Source of the DNA: an uncultured SAR86 cluster bacterium
GTDB taxonomy: Bacteria > Pseudomonadota > Gammaproteobacteria > Magnimaribacterales > AG-339-G14
NCBI GenBank assembly: GCA_902553315.1
Contig: CACDKN010000001.1
Location: forward strand, 216,145 to 280,144
Direction of reading: 5' to 3'
DNA length: 64,000 nucleotides
A program made the translations under genes and the position numbers. Below the pieces are notes generated by a model. The model saw only the letters and a list, made by a program, of their open reading frames with translations. It had not been told where the DNA came from and made no database searches. The number at the start of each line of letters is the position of its first letter. Position 1 is the first letter of the stretch. Shown here in pieces: positions 1-10,224 of this stretch.

Positions 1-1151
1 AGGTCCATTTTCTCTCTCGTCTGCCTATTGTGACAACCCAGTAAAATTCCATTTTCCATAATGTAATCACTCACTTCAAAGGTTCCAAAAGATTCCCAAT
101 TAAATTTTTTGGCAACAGGCTGACGCATAATATTTCCAGTAAAAATTGTTCTGGTCTGAATTCCTGATTCTTCAAGAAAAATTTGTATTTCTTTTCTTTT
201 CTTTTCGAGTTTATTTGTAAAAATTAAGGGAAAAGCTAACCAACCTGTTTCGACATTTTTATAAGAGCTTGGAACGCTAAAATTATCCGATTCGCTTAAT
301 TTTTCTTTGAGATAATTGTAATTATCTAATCTATTTTTTAGGTTTTTCTCTAAGTTTTTGATTTGAACCAAAGCAAATGCAGCTGAAATTTCAGAAGGTA
401 GAAAGTTATAAGCTATATCATCAAAAATATATTTATCGTCATAATTCATACCATCTATTTTTGCATTGAATCTTCTTTCATAATCTTCTGTTTCTCCATA
501 AAGTGAGGACCTTCTTCCCCAGCCTCTTAGTGATAGAGCTAAATCATAATGCTCTTTCTCAGAAAAACATGTCATTCCTCCAAAACCGGCGCCTGTAACT
601 ACGTGAGACGCATAGAAACTTGTTGTGGATACATCAGACCAATTTTTCTTGCTTGTTTCATATTTATACCCAATAGTATCTGCAGAGTCTTCGATAGTCT
701 TGAGATCGTTACTTTTGGCGAAATCAGAAATTTCCTCCCAATTTGCTACATTTCCAATTAGATTGGGAACACAAATTGCAGACACATTTTCCAGGGGCGC
801 TTGTTTTAATTTGTTAATATCAATTTGCATTGTTTCTCTTTCCACATCTATAAAAAAGGGGATTAGTTCTGATTGAACTAATGGAGAAATAGTTGTAGAA
901 AAGGTAAGGGCAGGGGTAAGGACTCTTGTTCCCTTTTTCAAATTAAGTGATTGAACTGCAATTAAATTTGCAGAAGAACCACTGTTAGTCATTAAACCAA
1001 ATTTTTTATTAAATAACTTTGCAACTTGCCCTTCTAAGGCTCTAACATTTTCACCACACATTAATGCTAGTCGGTTTTCTCGAAGGACTTTGATCACTGC
1101 ATCAATTTCTTCATCGGAATAATTCGCTTCGGCATAAAAAACTTTTGTCAT
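1..1151 (-). CDS. DegT/DnrJ/EryC1/StrS-family PLP/PMP-dependent sugar-modifying enzyme, RfbH-like; C-terminus lies beyond the window edge
   Basis: Absent from the supplied track because it is edge-truncated. Hand translation of the minus strand from the ATG at 1151-1149 gives MTKVFYAEANYSDEEIDAVIKVLRENRLALMCGENVRALEGQVAKLFNKKFGLMTNSGSSANLIAV...EDSADTIG...TTSFYASHVVTGAGFGGM...LLGCHN. The frame stays open to position 1. The motif layout is typical of the DegT family, with His at the position of the usual Schiff-base Lys. Confidence 0.7.
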   Translation of the reverse strand, partial: MTKVFYAEANYSDEEIDAVIKVLRENRLALMCGENVRALEGQVAKLFNKKFGLMTNSGSSANLIAVQSLNLKKGTRVLTPALTFSTTISPLVQSELIPFFIDVERETMQIDINKLKQAPLENVSAICVPNLIGNVANWEEISDFAKSNDLKTIEDSADTIGYKYETSKKNWSDVSTTSFYASHVVTGAGFGGMTCFSEKEHYDLALSLRGWGRRSSLYGETEDYERRFNAKIDGMNYDDKYIFDDIAYNFLPSEISAAFALVQIKNLEKNLKNRLDNYNYLKEKLSESDNFSVPSSYKNVETGWLAFPLIFTNKLEKKRKEIQIFLEESGIQTRTIFTGNIMRQPVAKKFNWESFGTFEVSDYIMENGILLGCHNRQTREKMD

Positions 1152-1237
1152 AGTAGAATTATAAATTGTCGTTAATGCTATAGATATATAAAAATATCAA
1201 ATAGAATTAACAAAAAAAATTTCAAGGTAAAAATAAA

Positions 1238-2161
1238 ATGAATAGAGTTACAAATCATTTAGGAACTAAATATCCTATTATTCAAGCCCCAATGGGATGG
1301 ATAGCAAGAAGCCAGTTAGCCTCGGCTGTTTCCAATGCTGGGGGATTAGGAGTAATAGAAACTTCTTCTGGTGAAGTAGAAGCTTGCAAAAAAGAAATTC
1401 AAAAAATGTCTACCCTGACTAGCAATCCTTTCGGGGTAAATTTACCCATTCTTTTTTTACAAGATGACTCAATTGTTGATTTTGTGGCTGAATGCGGAGT
1501 TAAATTTGTTACTACTTCAGCTGGAAGTCCCGCCAAATACATTGACCGCTTAAAATCAGCTGGCTTAATTGTCTATCATGCTGTTCCAAGTTTGGCTGGA
1601 GCTATGAAAGCTCAAGAGGCTGGAGTGGATGGATTAGTTGTAGAAGGGACAGAAGGAGGGGGTTTTAAAAACCCTGAAGAAATTGGCCTTCATGTTCTAA
1701 TTCAGGCGATTAGAAAAAAAACAGATCTTCCAATTATTGCTGCTGGTGGTATTGCCGACGGCGTAGGGATGGCTGCAGCCTTTGCTAGTGGAGCAGAAGG
1801 TGTTCAGATGGGAACTAGATTTGTATCAAGCAAAGAAAGCCCCGTCCACCAAAATTGGAAAGATGCAATTCTAACGGGGTCAGAATCTGATACCTATATT
1901 TTGAATAAATCTGGATCTCCCTGTCTGAGAGCAATTAAAACGGATTACAGCAAAGAGATCTATGAAAAAGGGTCCATGGACATGAGTGTTTTCAAGGGTG
2001 TGCAAGATCTTTATTTTGGAGGTGACTTGAACGCCGCCCCAGCACTTACAGGACAATCTATGGGTTTGATCGATGAAATTAAAAGTGTTGAAGAAATTAT
2101 AAATTTAACTGTGACAGAGTTTAATAGAACTTTAGAATCGCTTAATAACTCTAAAATTTAA
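1238..2161 (+). CDS. NAD(P)H-dependent flavin oxidoreductase, nitronate monooxygenase (2-nitropropane dioxygenase)/FabK-like family
   Basis: 307 aa. N-terminal PIIQAPMGWIARSQLASAVSNAGGLGVI and the later GGIADG...GAEGVQMGTRF are typical of the NMO/FabK TIM-barrel family. Confidence 0.8.
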   Translation: MNRVTNHLGTKYPIIQAPMGWIARSQLASAVSNAGGLGVIETSSGEVEACKKEIQKMSTLTSNPFGVNLPILFLQDDSIVDFVAECGVKFVTTSAGSPAKYIDRLKSAGLIVYHAVPSLAGAMKAQEAGVDGLVVEGTEGGGFKNPEEIGLHVLIQAIRKKTDLPIIAAGGIADGVGMAAAFASGAEGVQMGTRFVSSKESPVHQNWKDAILTGSESDTYILNKSGSPCLRAIKTDYSKEIYEKGSMDMSVFKGVQDLYFGGDLNAAPALTGQSMGLIDEIKSVEEIINLTVTEFNRTLESLNNSKI

Positions 2162-2164
2162 GGA

Positions 2165-3718
2165 CTACTTTGGCTGAAGTATTGTTGAAGAAGCTTTTTT
2201 TAGCTTCTTAGGATAATCAATATTGTAATGTAATCCTCTACTTTCTTTTCTCTTTATTGCGCTATCAATAATTAGTTCCGAAACTAAGACCAAATTTCTA
2301 AGTTCAAGAAAATCTGAAGTAACCTCATAATTTTTATAAAATTCTTGAACTTCTTTTTTAATTAACTCCATTTTTTCTTTTGCCTTTTTTAAACGATCCT
2401 TACTTCTGACGATACCAACATAATTCCACATTAATCTTCGAGTCGCATCCCAGTTGTGATTAATTAATATGTTTTCTCCAGCTCTGATTACTTTTGAACT
2501 ATCCCATGCTGGTAAATCGATAAGATTAGGACTGAATGTTTCCTTTATTTTTTTTGCAGCTGCTTTAGCAAAAACTACGCATTCCAAGAGTGAATTACTA
2601 GCCATTCTATTAGCTCCATGAAGTCCTGTAGAAGAGGTCTCGCCGATAGCAAATAAATTCACTACGTCTGTCTGTCCATCTAGGTCGGTAGCAATTCCCC
2701 CACAGGTGTAATGTGCAGCAGGAACAACCGGTATCGGTTGTTTTGTAATGTCAAAACCAAATTCTAAGCACTTTTTAAAAATACTTGGGAATAGCTTCTT
2801 CACTTCACTAGATGACTTATGAGAAATATCCAATAAAACGTTGTCTTTTCCACTAACTTTCATTTCATTGTCAATCGACCTTGCAACAATGTCCCTTGGC
2901 GCTAGATCTGCTCTGGAATCATATTTTTCCATAAAGGGCTCACCAGAGAGATTTTTTAATATAGCCCCTTCGCCTCTTAATGCTTCACTAATCAAAAAAG
3001 ATTTTGCTTCGGGATGAAAAAGGCAAGTAGGGTGAAATTGATTAAATTCCATATTTTCAAGACGACATCCAGCTCTCCATGCAAGCGCGTAGCCATCGCC
3101 ACTTGCCCCATCAGGATTGCTTGTGTAGAGATAAGCCTTACTTGCTCCGCCAGTTGCTAAAATTATCGAGCCTGCGGAAATACTTAAGACTTCTTCTTTT
3201 TGTTTATCAAAAATATATGCTCCCAAACATCTATTTCTTTTAACAATTAAATCCACCGCCAAGTGATTTTCAAAAATTTTAATATTCTTGCTTTTGAGTA
3301 CTTTGGCAGCTAAAGAGTCAGATACTTCTCGGCCGGTCGCATCAGCAGCATGCACCACTCTTCTAAATGAATGCCCTCCTTCTTGAGTTAAATGCAATTC
3401 TTTATTATTTTTTTTAGTAAAAATTACACCCGAATCCTCTAGCCAACTAATTGCGTCTTTTCCATTTTCAATACAGCGTTCTACGGCTTTTCTATTACAT
3501 AATCCATCTCCAGCTTTTAGAGTATCTTCAATATGACTTTTGGTTGAATCTTCTTTTGAAAGTACGGCAGCGATGCCTCCTTGAGCATACCAAGTTGAAC
3601 TATCGACGATCTGGTTTTTTGAGATTATGGTTACTTTGAATTTATCGCATAACTCAAGAGCTGCCGTTAATCCTGCAGCACCGCTTCCTATTATGAGAAT
3701 ATCGGTTTTAACCTTCAA
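2165..3718 (-). CDS. nadB: L-aspartate oxidase
   Basis: 517 aa. FAD motif DILIIGSGAAGL, then YAQGGIAA, and a full-length succinate-dehydrogenase/fumarate-reductase-type flavoprotein layout typical of NadB. Confidence 0.9.
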   Translation of the reverse strand: MKVKTDILIIGSGAAGLTAALELCDKFKVTIISKNQIVDSSTWYAQGGIAAVLSKEDSTKSHIEDTLKAGDGLCNRKAVERCIENGKDAISWLEDSGVIFTKKNNKELHLTQEGGHSFRRVVHAADATGREVSDSLAAKVLKSKNIKIFENHLAVDLIVKRNRCLGAYIFDKQKEEVLSISAGSIILATGGASKAYLYTSNPDGASGDGYALAWRAGCRLENMEFNQFHPTCLFHPEAKSFLISEALRGEGAILKNLSGEPFMEKYDSRADLAPRDIVARSIDNEMKVSGKDNVLLDISHKSSSEVKKLFPSIFKKCLEFGFDITKQPIPVVPAAHYTCGGIATDLDGQTDVVNLFAIGETSSTGLHGANRMASNSLLECVVFAKAAAKKIKETFSPNLIDLPAWDSSKVIRAGENILINHNWDATRRLMWNYVGIVRSKDRLKKAKEKMELIKKEVQEFYKNYEVTSDFLELRNLVLVSELIIDSAIKRKESRGLHYNIDYPKKLKKASSTILQPK

Positions 3719-3720
3719 AG

Positions 3721-3933
3721 TTAAATAAACAACCTAATCAACAAAGCTGAAATGAACACTGTAAATATCAAAACTAAAAAATATTTGAAGAAATTTCTAT
3801 ATTTACCAGACGACCAATTTATTCTATCCGGTCTATTTCTTTGTTTCGCAGATGCTCTGAGTGGAGCTAACAAAAAAAATACAGCTAATGAAGCAGTAAT
3901 AATTATTGAAAAAATAATAAAATTTAAGTCCAC
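3721..3933 (-). CDS. small two-TM membrane protein, unknown function
   Basis: 70 aa with two hydrophobic segments and a GTG start. It is wedged with 1-nt and 2-nt spacing between the Bax-inhibitor-like gene and nadB on the same strand. Confidence 0.4.
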   Translation of the reverse strand: MDLNFIIFSIIITASLAVFFLLAPLRASAKQRNRPDRINWSSGKYRNFFKYFLVLIFTVFISALLIRLFI

Positions 3934-4706
3934 TATCGACTTCTAAGCTTGGCAAGAAGTCTCAACATCTCCAAATATAACCAAATGAGAGTCACCATGA
4001 GAGAAAAGGCTCCAAACCACTCCATATACTTTGGTGCGTTTTGTTCTGAGCCTTGTTCAATAAAATCAAAATCTAATACTAAGTTTAAGGCGGCAATAGC
4101 TACAACAAAAAGACTAAAACCTATTCCAAACAACCCATTTGAGTGAATGAAACCAATGCTAGAGCCAAACATATTCATCACAATACTAACCATGTAAAGC
4201 AGACCAATCCCCATTGTTGCTGATACGATCATTAATCTAAAATTTTCGGTAGGTTTGATTACGCCAGTTTTATAAAGGACTAGAAGCGAGGCAAGAGTAC
4301 CCAAAGTCAACCCAACGGCCTGTATTACTATTCCTTGGTATTGAGATTCAAAAATTGCGGAGATAGCTCCTAAAAATAATCCTTGAGCCAGAGCATAAGC
4401 AGGGGCTGTCACGCCTGACCAATTTTTCTTGAATATTGTTGCAAGTGCTAAAACAAAACCAACTATAGCCCCACCTATGGCGAGTGGCATCACACTTGAG
4501 GCGTCTTCAGAAATAAAAAAAAGGTTCCAAGTATAGCTTGCAGTAAGGACCACTAAAGCTAAAAGAATCCCAGTCTTATTTACGGTACCTTGAAGAGTCA
4601 TGAAACTTCCAATATTTTCTGAAGGTTCAAAATTAGAGAAAGTGGCATCATTCAAGGCAGGATTTCCTGAGCGGCCAAACATTTGAAGTGCGTTATGTTT
4701 TGACAT
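3933..4706 (-). CDS. Bax inhibitor-1/YccA-like integral membrane protein
   Basis: 257 aa. N-terminal RSGNPAL motif followed by about 7 hydrophobic segments, as in the BaxI_1 family. Confidence 0.7.
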   Translation of the reverse strand: MSKHNALQMFGRSGNPALNDATFSNFEPSENIGSFMTLQGTVNKTGILLALVVLTASYTWNLFFISEDASSVMPLAIGGAIVGFVLALATIFKKNWSGVTAPAYALAQGLFLGAISAIFESQYQGIVIQAVGLTLGTLASLLVLYKTGVIKPTENFRLMIVSATMGIGLLYMVSIVMNMFGSSIGFIHSNGLFGIGFSLFVVAIAALNLVLDFDFIEQGSEQNAPKYMEWFGAFSLMVTLIWLYLEMLRLLAKLRSR

Positions 4707-4743
4707 ATTTATAAGTTAAAATTTAATAATAATATTTTATACC

Positions 4744-5082
4744 ATGTCTGCACTAACCAATGCTTATATTTTTTTGATATTAGCCATTATTGCAGAAGTT
4801 ATCGGGACTTTATATTTGAGGGAAACCGAAGGGTTTACAAAAATAGCGCCTTCCATAATTACTGCTATCTCTTATGCTGCTAGCTTCTATTGGCTATCTT
4901 TCACTTTAGACGAAATTCCAGTTGGAGTGGCTTATGCTACGTGGTCAGGAGTAGGAATTTTTCTGATCACTTTTTTGGCTGCAATTAAGTACTTACAATT
5001 GCCAAATTTACTCACTTCAGTTGGAATGATTTTTGTAATTATTGGAGTTGTTTTGATTAATCTATTCAGTTCAGAAAACTAG
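4744..5082 (+). CDS. small multidrug resistance (SMR) family transporter
   Basis: 112 aa with 4 TM segments. The conserved membrane-embedded Glu lies in TM1 (AIIAEVIGT), as in EmrE/SugE/QacE. Confidence 0.8.
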   Translation: MSALTNAYIFLILAIIAEVIGTLYLRETEGFTKIAPSIITAISYAASFYWLSFTLDEIPVGVAYATWSGVGIFLITFLAAIKYLQLPNLLTSVGMIFVIIGVVLINLFSSEN

Positions 5083-5660
5083 GGGATTAACCACTCTTCA
5101 TTTTGGTTTCCGTTTTTCCAAGAAAATTTACTTCTTCTGTGCCCTATATTTTTAAGGAATAAAAACTCTAACTCATGGTATTCAAATAATATCACTGCAA
5201 AATTTTTGTATCCTTTTTCAACATCTATTTCATCTCTATTTAGGTCATATTTGGAAGGATCTAATATGGAATCACCTGGAGGCCCATTCACTGAATAGCA
5301 TAGCTTAGAATTTTCACGAGAATTTTCCCAAGCCTTTTTAGTAATTTTATCATCTTCATGAACCGTAACTGATCCCGTTAATCGAAGCTGAATTTTTTTT
5401 TCTGAATCATATGAATGGACATATGCTTTAAATCGATCTTCTACAGACTTAATCTTTTTTGATCTAAGGTCGGTATGAAATCTGAGCAACCTATTTTTTT
5501 TATCATATTCTCTCAAGACCACAGTTCTTGGTGAATCAGAAATACAAAGCGTGGGGGTATGAAAAATTGACTTAGCATTGTCAACCGCGTCTTCAAGTAA
5601 ATTCTCCGAGTACTTCAAAGAAAGTTCTAAGGAATTATAAAAATCTAGCTCTGAATTCAT
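5079..5660 (-). CDS. pyridoxamine 5'-phosphate oxidase-like FMN-binding protein
   Basis: 193 aa. The size and the C-terminal W..IP ending resemble the PNPOx-like split-barrel family. Assignment is by pattern only. Confidence 0.45.
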   Translation of the reverse strand: MNSELDFYNSLELSLKYSENLLEDAVDNAKSIFHTPTLCISDSPRTVVLREYDKKNRLLRFHTDLRSKKIKSVEDRFKAYVHSYDSEKKIQLRLTGSVTVHEDDKITKKAWENSRENSKLCYSVNGPPGDSILDPSKYDLNRDEIDVEKGYKNFAVILFEYHELEFLFLKNIGHRRSKFSWKNGNQNEEWLIP

Positions 5661-5687
5661 ATATTATTTCTCATTAAACTATTAATT

Positions 5688-7856
5688 ATGGACGTTTCAT
5701 ATATTTTAGACGAATTAAATCCAATACAAAGAGAAGCTGTAACTGATGAATCTCATCACTCATTAATCCTAGCAGGAGCTGGCTCTGGGAAGACAAAAGT
5801 TATAACGCATAAAGTGGCTTGGCTTTCATCAGTCAAAGGGGTAAATCCTTTGTCTTTGTTAACTGTAACATTCACTAATAAAGCGGCAAAAGAAATGCGA
5901 GGAAGAATAGAAAATATTCTTGAAGAAAATTTAAACCAAATGTGGTGCGGAACATTCCATGGAATTTTTCATAGAATGTTAAAAATTCATTGGCAAGAAG
6001 CCAAGCTAGTAAAAGACTTTTCAGTTATCGATAGTGAAGACCAAATGAGAGTTTTAAAACGCGTTATTCAAAATATGAATCTGGACTTAGATACTTGGCA
6101 ACCAAGAGATACCCAGTGGTTTATTAACAAGCAAAAAGATGAAGGGAGAAGAAAAGCTAAATTGAACAACAATGCTACTTTTGTAGAAGAAAAAATGGTT
6201 GATATCATGGATGAATATCAAAAAACATGTGATCGAGAGGGATTAGTTGATTTTGCTGAAATCTTAATAAGGTCCTATGAGCTCTTGGACCAAAATTCAG
6301 AATTGTTGAAACACTATCAGGCTAGATTTCAGCACATCCTAGTTGACGAATTTCAAGACACGAATGAAATTCAATATTTACTTTTAAAAAAACTTGTTGG
6401 CAAGGATGGTCGCATGACAGTAGTCGGCGATGACGATCAATCAATTTATAGCTGGCGTGGGGCAAAAAGTACAAACATCAAAAGATTTACTAAAGATTTT
6501 AATGAAGTCAAAACAATTAAGTTAGAGCAAAATTATAGATCTTCAAAAAATATCCTAGCTTGCGCAAATTCAGTGATACGGAATAATCCAGATAGACTAG
6601 GTAAGGAATTATGGTCTCAGAAAGATGAAGGTGAGCAGGTAAAGGTTTATCGAGCTTTCAACGAAAGAGACGAGGCCTCCTTTATAGTTGGAATAATTAA
6701 AAGATGGCTTGAAGAGGGAGGAAGCCTCTCAGATACTGCAATAATATATAGGTCTAACGCGCAATCTAGAATATTAGAAGACGCTATTTTAAATTCAGAA
6801 TTGCCTTATAGAATCTATGGAGGTGTTCGTTTTTACGAAAGAATGGAAATTAAGAATGCTTTGGCTTACGCAAAGTTAGCAATAAATAAAAATAATGATT
6901 CTCAATTTGAAAGAGTAATAAACACTCCGACAAGAGGAATTGGAGTTAAGACAATGGATCAGATCAGAGAGCATGCTAAAAAAGATAATTTATCTCTGTG
7001 GCAAGCATCCGAGCAAATCATCGCGAATAAAGAAACTAAAGCTGCTCAAAATATTTCTAATTTCTTTGAAGTAATAAAAAAACTAGAAGAGATGAATTTC
7101 AATGAGAACCTTGATATGTTTTTTGAAAATGTTATTTCTCTGAGTGGACTTAAAGAATTTCATGGAAAAGAGCCAGGAGAAAAGGGTAGATCAAGAGTTG
7201 AAAATTTAGAGGAGCTTATTTCTGCAACTTCTGAATTTTTCTCTTTAGGCGAAGACAAAAACGACGAGAGGTCTCTACTGGAGCTTTTTTTAGATCAAGC
7301 TTCTTTAGACGCTGGCGAAAACCAGGCAAATGAAAATGAAGATGCTATTCAAATGATGACCTTGCATTCTTCAAAGGGCTTAGAATTCCCTTTAGTTTTT
7401 ATCGCAGGCTGTGAGGAAGGTTTGTTTCCGCATAGAAGATCAGCAGAAGACCCCAAACAGTTGGCCGAAGAAAGAAGGCTTTGTTATGTTGGAATGACTA
7501 GGGCGATGGAAAGACTTTATTTAACTCATGCGGAATCGCGAAATATTTATGGGATTGATAGTTTCAGCCCTGTTTCCAGATTTATCAAAGAAATACCAGA
7601 AGAGTTAATCTATGAAATAAGAGTTTCTACAGAAACAGAAATCAAAGATAAAGGATTTGAACCAAGAATAGTTGGCGGAACAGATTACAACGTGGGAAAG
7701 TTTTCTCTTGGAGATAGAGTAGTGCATAAAAATTTTGGCGAAGGGGTAATACTCAATTATGAGGGGGACGGCTCCAATGCTAGAGTAGAAGTAAATTTTG
7801 ATAATGGGGGAATTAAATGGCTGGTACTAAGCTTTGCGAATTTAGAAAAACTTTAA
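5688..7856 (+). CDS. uvrD: DNA helicase II
   Basis: 722 aa, collinear with E. coli UvrD from MDVSYILDELNPIQREAV, through GAGSGKTKV and VDEFQDTN, to the C-terminal FGEG...IKWLV. Confidence 0.9.
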   Translation: MDVSYILDELNPIQREAVTDESHHSLILAGAGSGKTKVITHKVAWLSSVKGVNPLSLLTVTFTNKAAKEMRGRIENILEENLNQMWCGTFHGIFHRMLKIHWQEAKLVKDFSVIDSEDQMRVLKRVIQNMNLDLDTWQPRDTQWFINKQKDEGRRKAKLNNNATFVEEKMVDIMDEYQKTCDREGLVDFAEILIRSYELLDQNSELLKHYQARFQHILVDEFQDTNEIQYLLLKKLVGKDGRMTVVGDDDQSIYSWRGAKSTNIKRFTKDFNEVKTIKLEQNYRSSKNILACANSVIRNNPDRLGKELWSQKDEGEQVKVYRAFNERDEASFIVGIIKRWLEEGGSLSDTAIIYRSNAQSRILEDAILNSELPYRIYGGVRFYERMEIKNALAYAKLAINKNNDSQFERVINTPTRGIGVKTMDQIREHAKKDNLSLWQASEQIIANKETKAAQNISNFFEVIKKLEEMNFNENLDMFFENVISLSGLKEFHGKEPGEKGRSRVENLEELISATSEFFSLGEDKNDERSLLELFLDQASLDAGENQANENEDAIQMMTLHSSKGLEFPLVFIAGCEEGLFPHRRSAEDPKQLAEERRLCYVGMTRAMERLYLTHAESRNIYGIDSFSPVSRFIKEIPEELIYEIRVSTETEIKDKGFEPRIVGGTDYNVGKFSLGDRVVHKNFGEGVILNYEGDGSNARVEVNFDNGGIKWLVLSFANLEKL

Positions 7857-8917
7857 TTTATTTTTTAGTTCTTTTCTTCTTCGCTGCATGCTCTGAAGAT
7901 ACGTCTCAGAATGAAACAACATTTAAAAAAAAGAATTTTTCTTGGACGTTGGTTACGACTTGGCCCAAAAATTATCCAGGAGTTGGTCTTGGTCCGGAAA
8001 ACTTTGCCAAATTAGTTGAGGAAATGAGCGATGGAAGATTAAAAATTAAGGTCTATGGAAACGGTGAGCTCATTCCAGCTTTAGAAGTTTTCGATGCAGT
8101 TTCGAGAGGAACGGTTGAGATGGGGCATGGTGCTTCATATTATTGGATTGGAAAATTACCTGTGGCTCAATTTTTCACTACTCTTCCTTTTGGTTTAAAC
8201 GCACAAGAGCGAAATGCCTGGCTTCATTATGCTGGAGGATTGGAGCTTTGGGAGAAAGCGTATGAACCATTCAATCTAATTCCGATGGCTGGAGGAAGCA
8301 CTGGAGTCCAAATGGGAGGTTGGTTTAATAAAGAAATTAATTCTCTAGAGGACTTAAATGGAATAAGAATTAGAATGCCTGGATTAGCCGGCGAAGTTTT
8401 TTCAAGAGCTGGGGGAGAGGCAGTTTTAATGCCTGGAAGTGAAATTTTTACAAATCTTCAGACAGGAGTGATAGATGCTGCTGAGTGGATAGGCCCTTAC
8501 AATGATTTGACTTTTGGATTTCATCAAGTGGCTAAATATTATTATTATCCAGGTTGGCAAGAACCAGGAGCAATGACGGAATTTATTTTCAATCAAGAGG
8601 CTTTTAATGAGCTTCCAAACGATTTAAAAGCGATTGTCAGAACAGCTGCCAGGGCAGTGAATCAAGACATGTTGGATGAGTATACGGCTAGAAATAATCA
8701 AGCTCTGATTTCGTTGATAGAAGATCATAATGTAATTCTTAAAAAGTTTCCTGATGAAGTCCTTTACGAACTAGAAAGAATCTCTAAAGAAGTATTGGAA
8801 GAGTTTGTAGAAGAAGATAAATTCGCAACAGAGGTGTATCAATCGATCCTTGATTTCAAAAAAGGAGTCACTAATTATCATAAAATTTCTGAAGAAGCCA
8901 TTTACGATCTTAGATAG
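7817..8917 (+). CDS. TRAP transporter substrate-binding protein (DctP-type, lipoprotein)
   Basis: 366 aa with the lipobox FFFAAC. The DctP-family pattern matches COG4663-like receptors. The gene overlaps the uvrD 3' end by 40 nt. Confidence 0.8.
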   Translation: MAGTKLCEFRKTLIYFLVLFFFAACSEDTSQNETTFKKKNFSWTLVTTWPKNYPGVGLGPENFAKLVEEMSDGRLKIKVYGNGELIPALEVFDAVSRGTVEMGHGASYYWIGKLPVAQFFTTLPFGLNAQERNAWLHYAGGLELWEKAYEPFNLIPMAGGSTGVQMGGWFNKEINSLEDLNGIRIRMPGLAGEVFSRAGGEAVLMPGSEIFTNLQTGVIDAAEWIGPYNDLTFGFHQVAKYYYYPGWQEPGAMTEFIFNQEAFNELPNDLKAIVRTAARAVNQDMLDEYTARNNQALISLIEDHNVILKKFPDEVLYELERISKEVLEEFVEEDKFATEVYQSILDFKKGVTNYHKISEEAIYDLR

Positions 8918-9268
8918 TTATTTTTTTAGATAGGAAGGATTATCTATAAAAACTTTTTCCTTGGAAAGTTCAAATAAAAATTTTTCTAAAGAATCTTTAC
9001 TAAAATTTTCATTTTTAATGTTTTCAATTAACTTTTGTTTTGATGAAATTTCCTCACCAAATAAGCTGAGGCTAAGATCATTTAATTTTTTAGAAATTTT
9101 GTTTTCACCATTAATTTGTCTTTTTACAATTTTTAAAATATTTAAAGCAATTCTTACTTTAAAAACGTCCAATTCTTCAAGTTTCTCGAAATCTATTTGT
9201 TCAAAAATGAAATAATGCAGAACATCAATTAGTTCTGCTTTTGTGGGTCTATCAAAAAGATTTTTCAA
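8918..9268 (-). CDS. small acidic helical protein, possible LvaB-like partner of the adjacent kinase
   Basis: 116 aa with a 4-nt overlap to the upstream phosphotransferase gene. I recognise no motif. The call rests on operon position. Confidence 0.35.
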   Translation of the reverse strand: MKNLFDRPTKAELIDVLHYFIFEQIDFEKLEELDVFKVRIALNILKIVKRQINGENKISKKLNDLSLSLFGEEISSKQKLIENIKNENFSKDSLEKFLFELSKEKVFIDNPSYLKK

Positions 9269-10224
9269 AACTCTTTATTTTTGATCATGTTCATTAAATC
9301 AAATTCCGTTTCAGATACTCTCCTGCCAATTGCAGCTTTTTCAATAGAATTTAAATTATTTTGTAGGTGAGCAAAAGTCTGGATCATGCATATTACCCCC
9401 CATCTCAAAGATCCATAGATTTGCCAAGCATCTAATTCAAAGCGATCCACTGTTTCAGATGAAATTGATTCATAGCCCTTTATTAGATCATCTAAGTCTC
9501 CTAAACCAGCAACTCTTTTAGAATTATTTCCGAATCTCCATGATTTCACGCAAGCCCAACTTAAATCTTCTGAGGGATCGCCAATGTGGGCAAGCTCCCA
9601 ATCGATTATAGATTCAATAGAATTTTCTGTGATTATAAAATTTCCCAACCGGTAATCTCCATGAATTAAAACGTTATTTTTTTTCTTTATCTTTACTTTA
9701 GCTAAGTAATTGAAAACATACTCAAAGACTGGCTGCGGCTCATTGAAGGAAGAATAAACCTCATAAAGCTTGTTAAGAGAATCATAAAAAGTCATTTTTT
9801 CTAATTCTTTTATTTCGCTTAAATCCGTCCGATGAATTTTTGCTAAAATCTCCCCAATTCTATAGGTAAGGTTTGGTCTAATTTGAGCGAAATTTTCGTC
9901 TCTTAAAATTTTTCTAGGAATTGTTTCTCCTGAAATAAACTCCATTACATAGCCACTTCCAACCCCACTTGATTCGTCAAATTCTTTAATAATTTCAGGT
10001 ACCGGTATATCGTTCTTCTTAACAATTTTTTGAACTTTAGCTTCTATTTTTTTTGTAATTGCTAATCGAGACCCTGAATTTTCAGGCGTTTTTCTTAACA
10101 CAAACCTTTTTCCATTTTTTAAAGTAATGTTATAAATATCTGCTGATGCACCTCCTGAAAGGGGGTAGAATTCTTCAAATTCAGCCTCAAGAAGGCTCTC
10201 GACGAATTTTTGAAGATCAGCCAT
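9265..10224 (-). CDS. phosphotransferase (APH/choline-kinase fold) family protein
   Basis: Kinase motifs LIHGDYRLGNFI and IDWELAHIGDP. I moved the start to the internal MADLQKF (ATG at 10224), which overlaps the ACAD stop by 8 nt. The track start at 10365 would overlap the ACAD gene by about 150 nt. Confidence 0.75.
   Translation of the reverse strand: MADLQKFVESLLEAEFEEFYPLSGGASADIYNITLKNGKRFVLRKTPENSGSRLAITKKIEAKVQKIVKKNDIPVPEIIKEFDESSGVGSGYVMEFISGETIPRKILRDENFAQIRPNLTYRIGEILAKIHRTDLSEIKELEKMTFYDSLNKLYEVYSSFNEPQPVFEYVFNYLAKVKIKKKNNVLIHGDYRLGNFIITENSIESIIDWELAHIGDPSEDLSWACVKSWRFGNNSKRVAGLGDLDDLIKGYESISSETVDRFELDAWQIYGSLRWGVICMIQTFAHLQNNLNSIEKAAIGRRVSETEFDLMNMIKNKEF

Noticed and set aside
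549-876. Two plus-strand ORFs of 70 and 83 aa listed in the track.
   Set aside because: They lie antisense inside the continuous minus-strand DegT-family gene (1-1151). Their sequence is low-complexity and Cys/Ile/Phe-rich, typical of antisense frames in AT-rich DNA.
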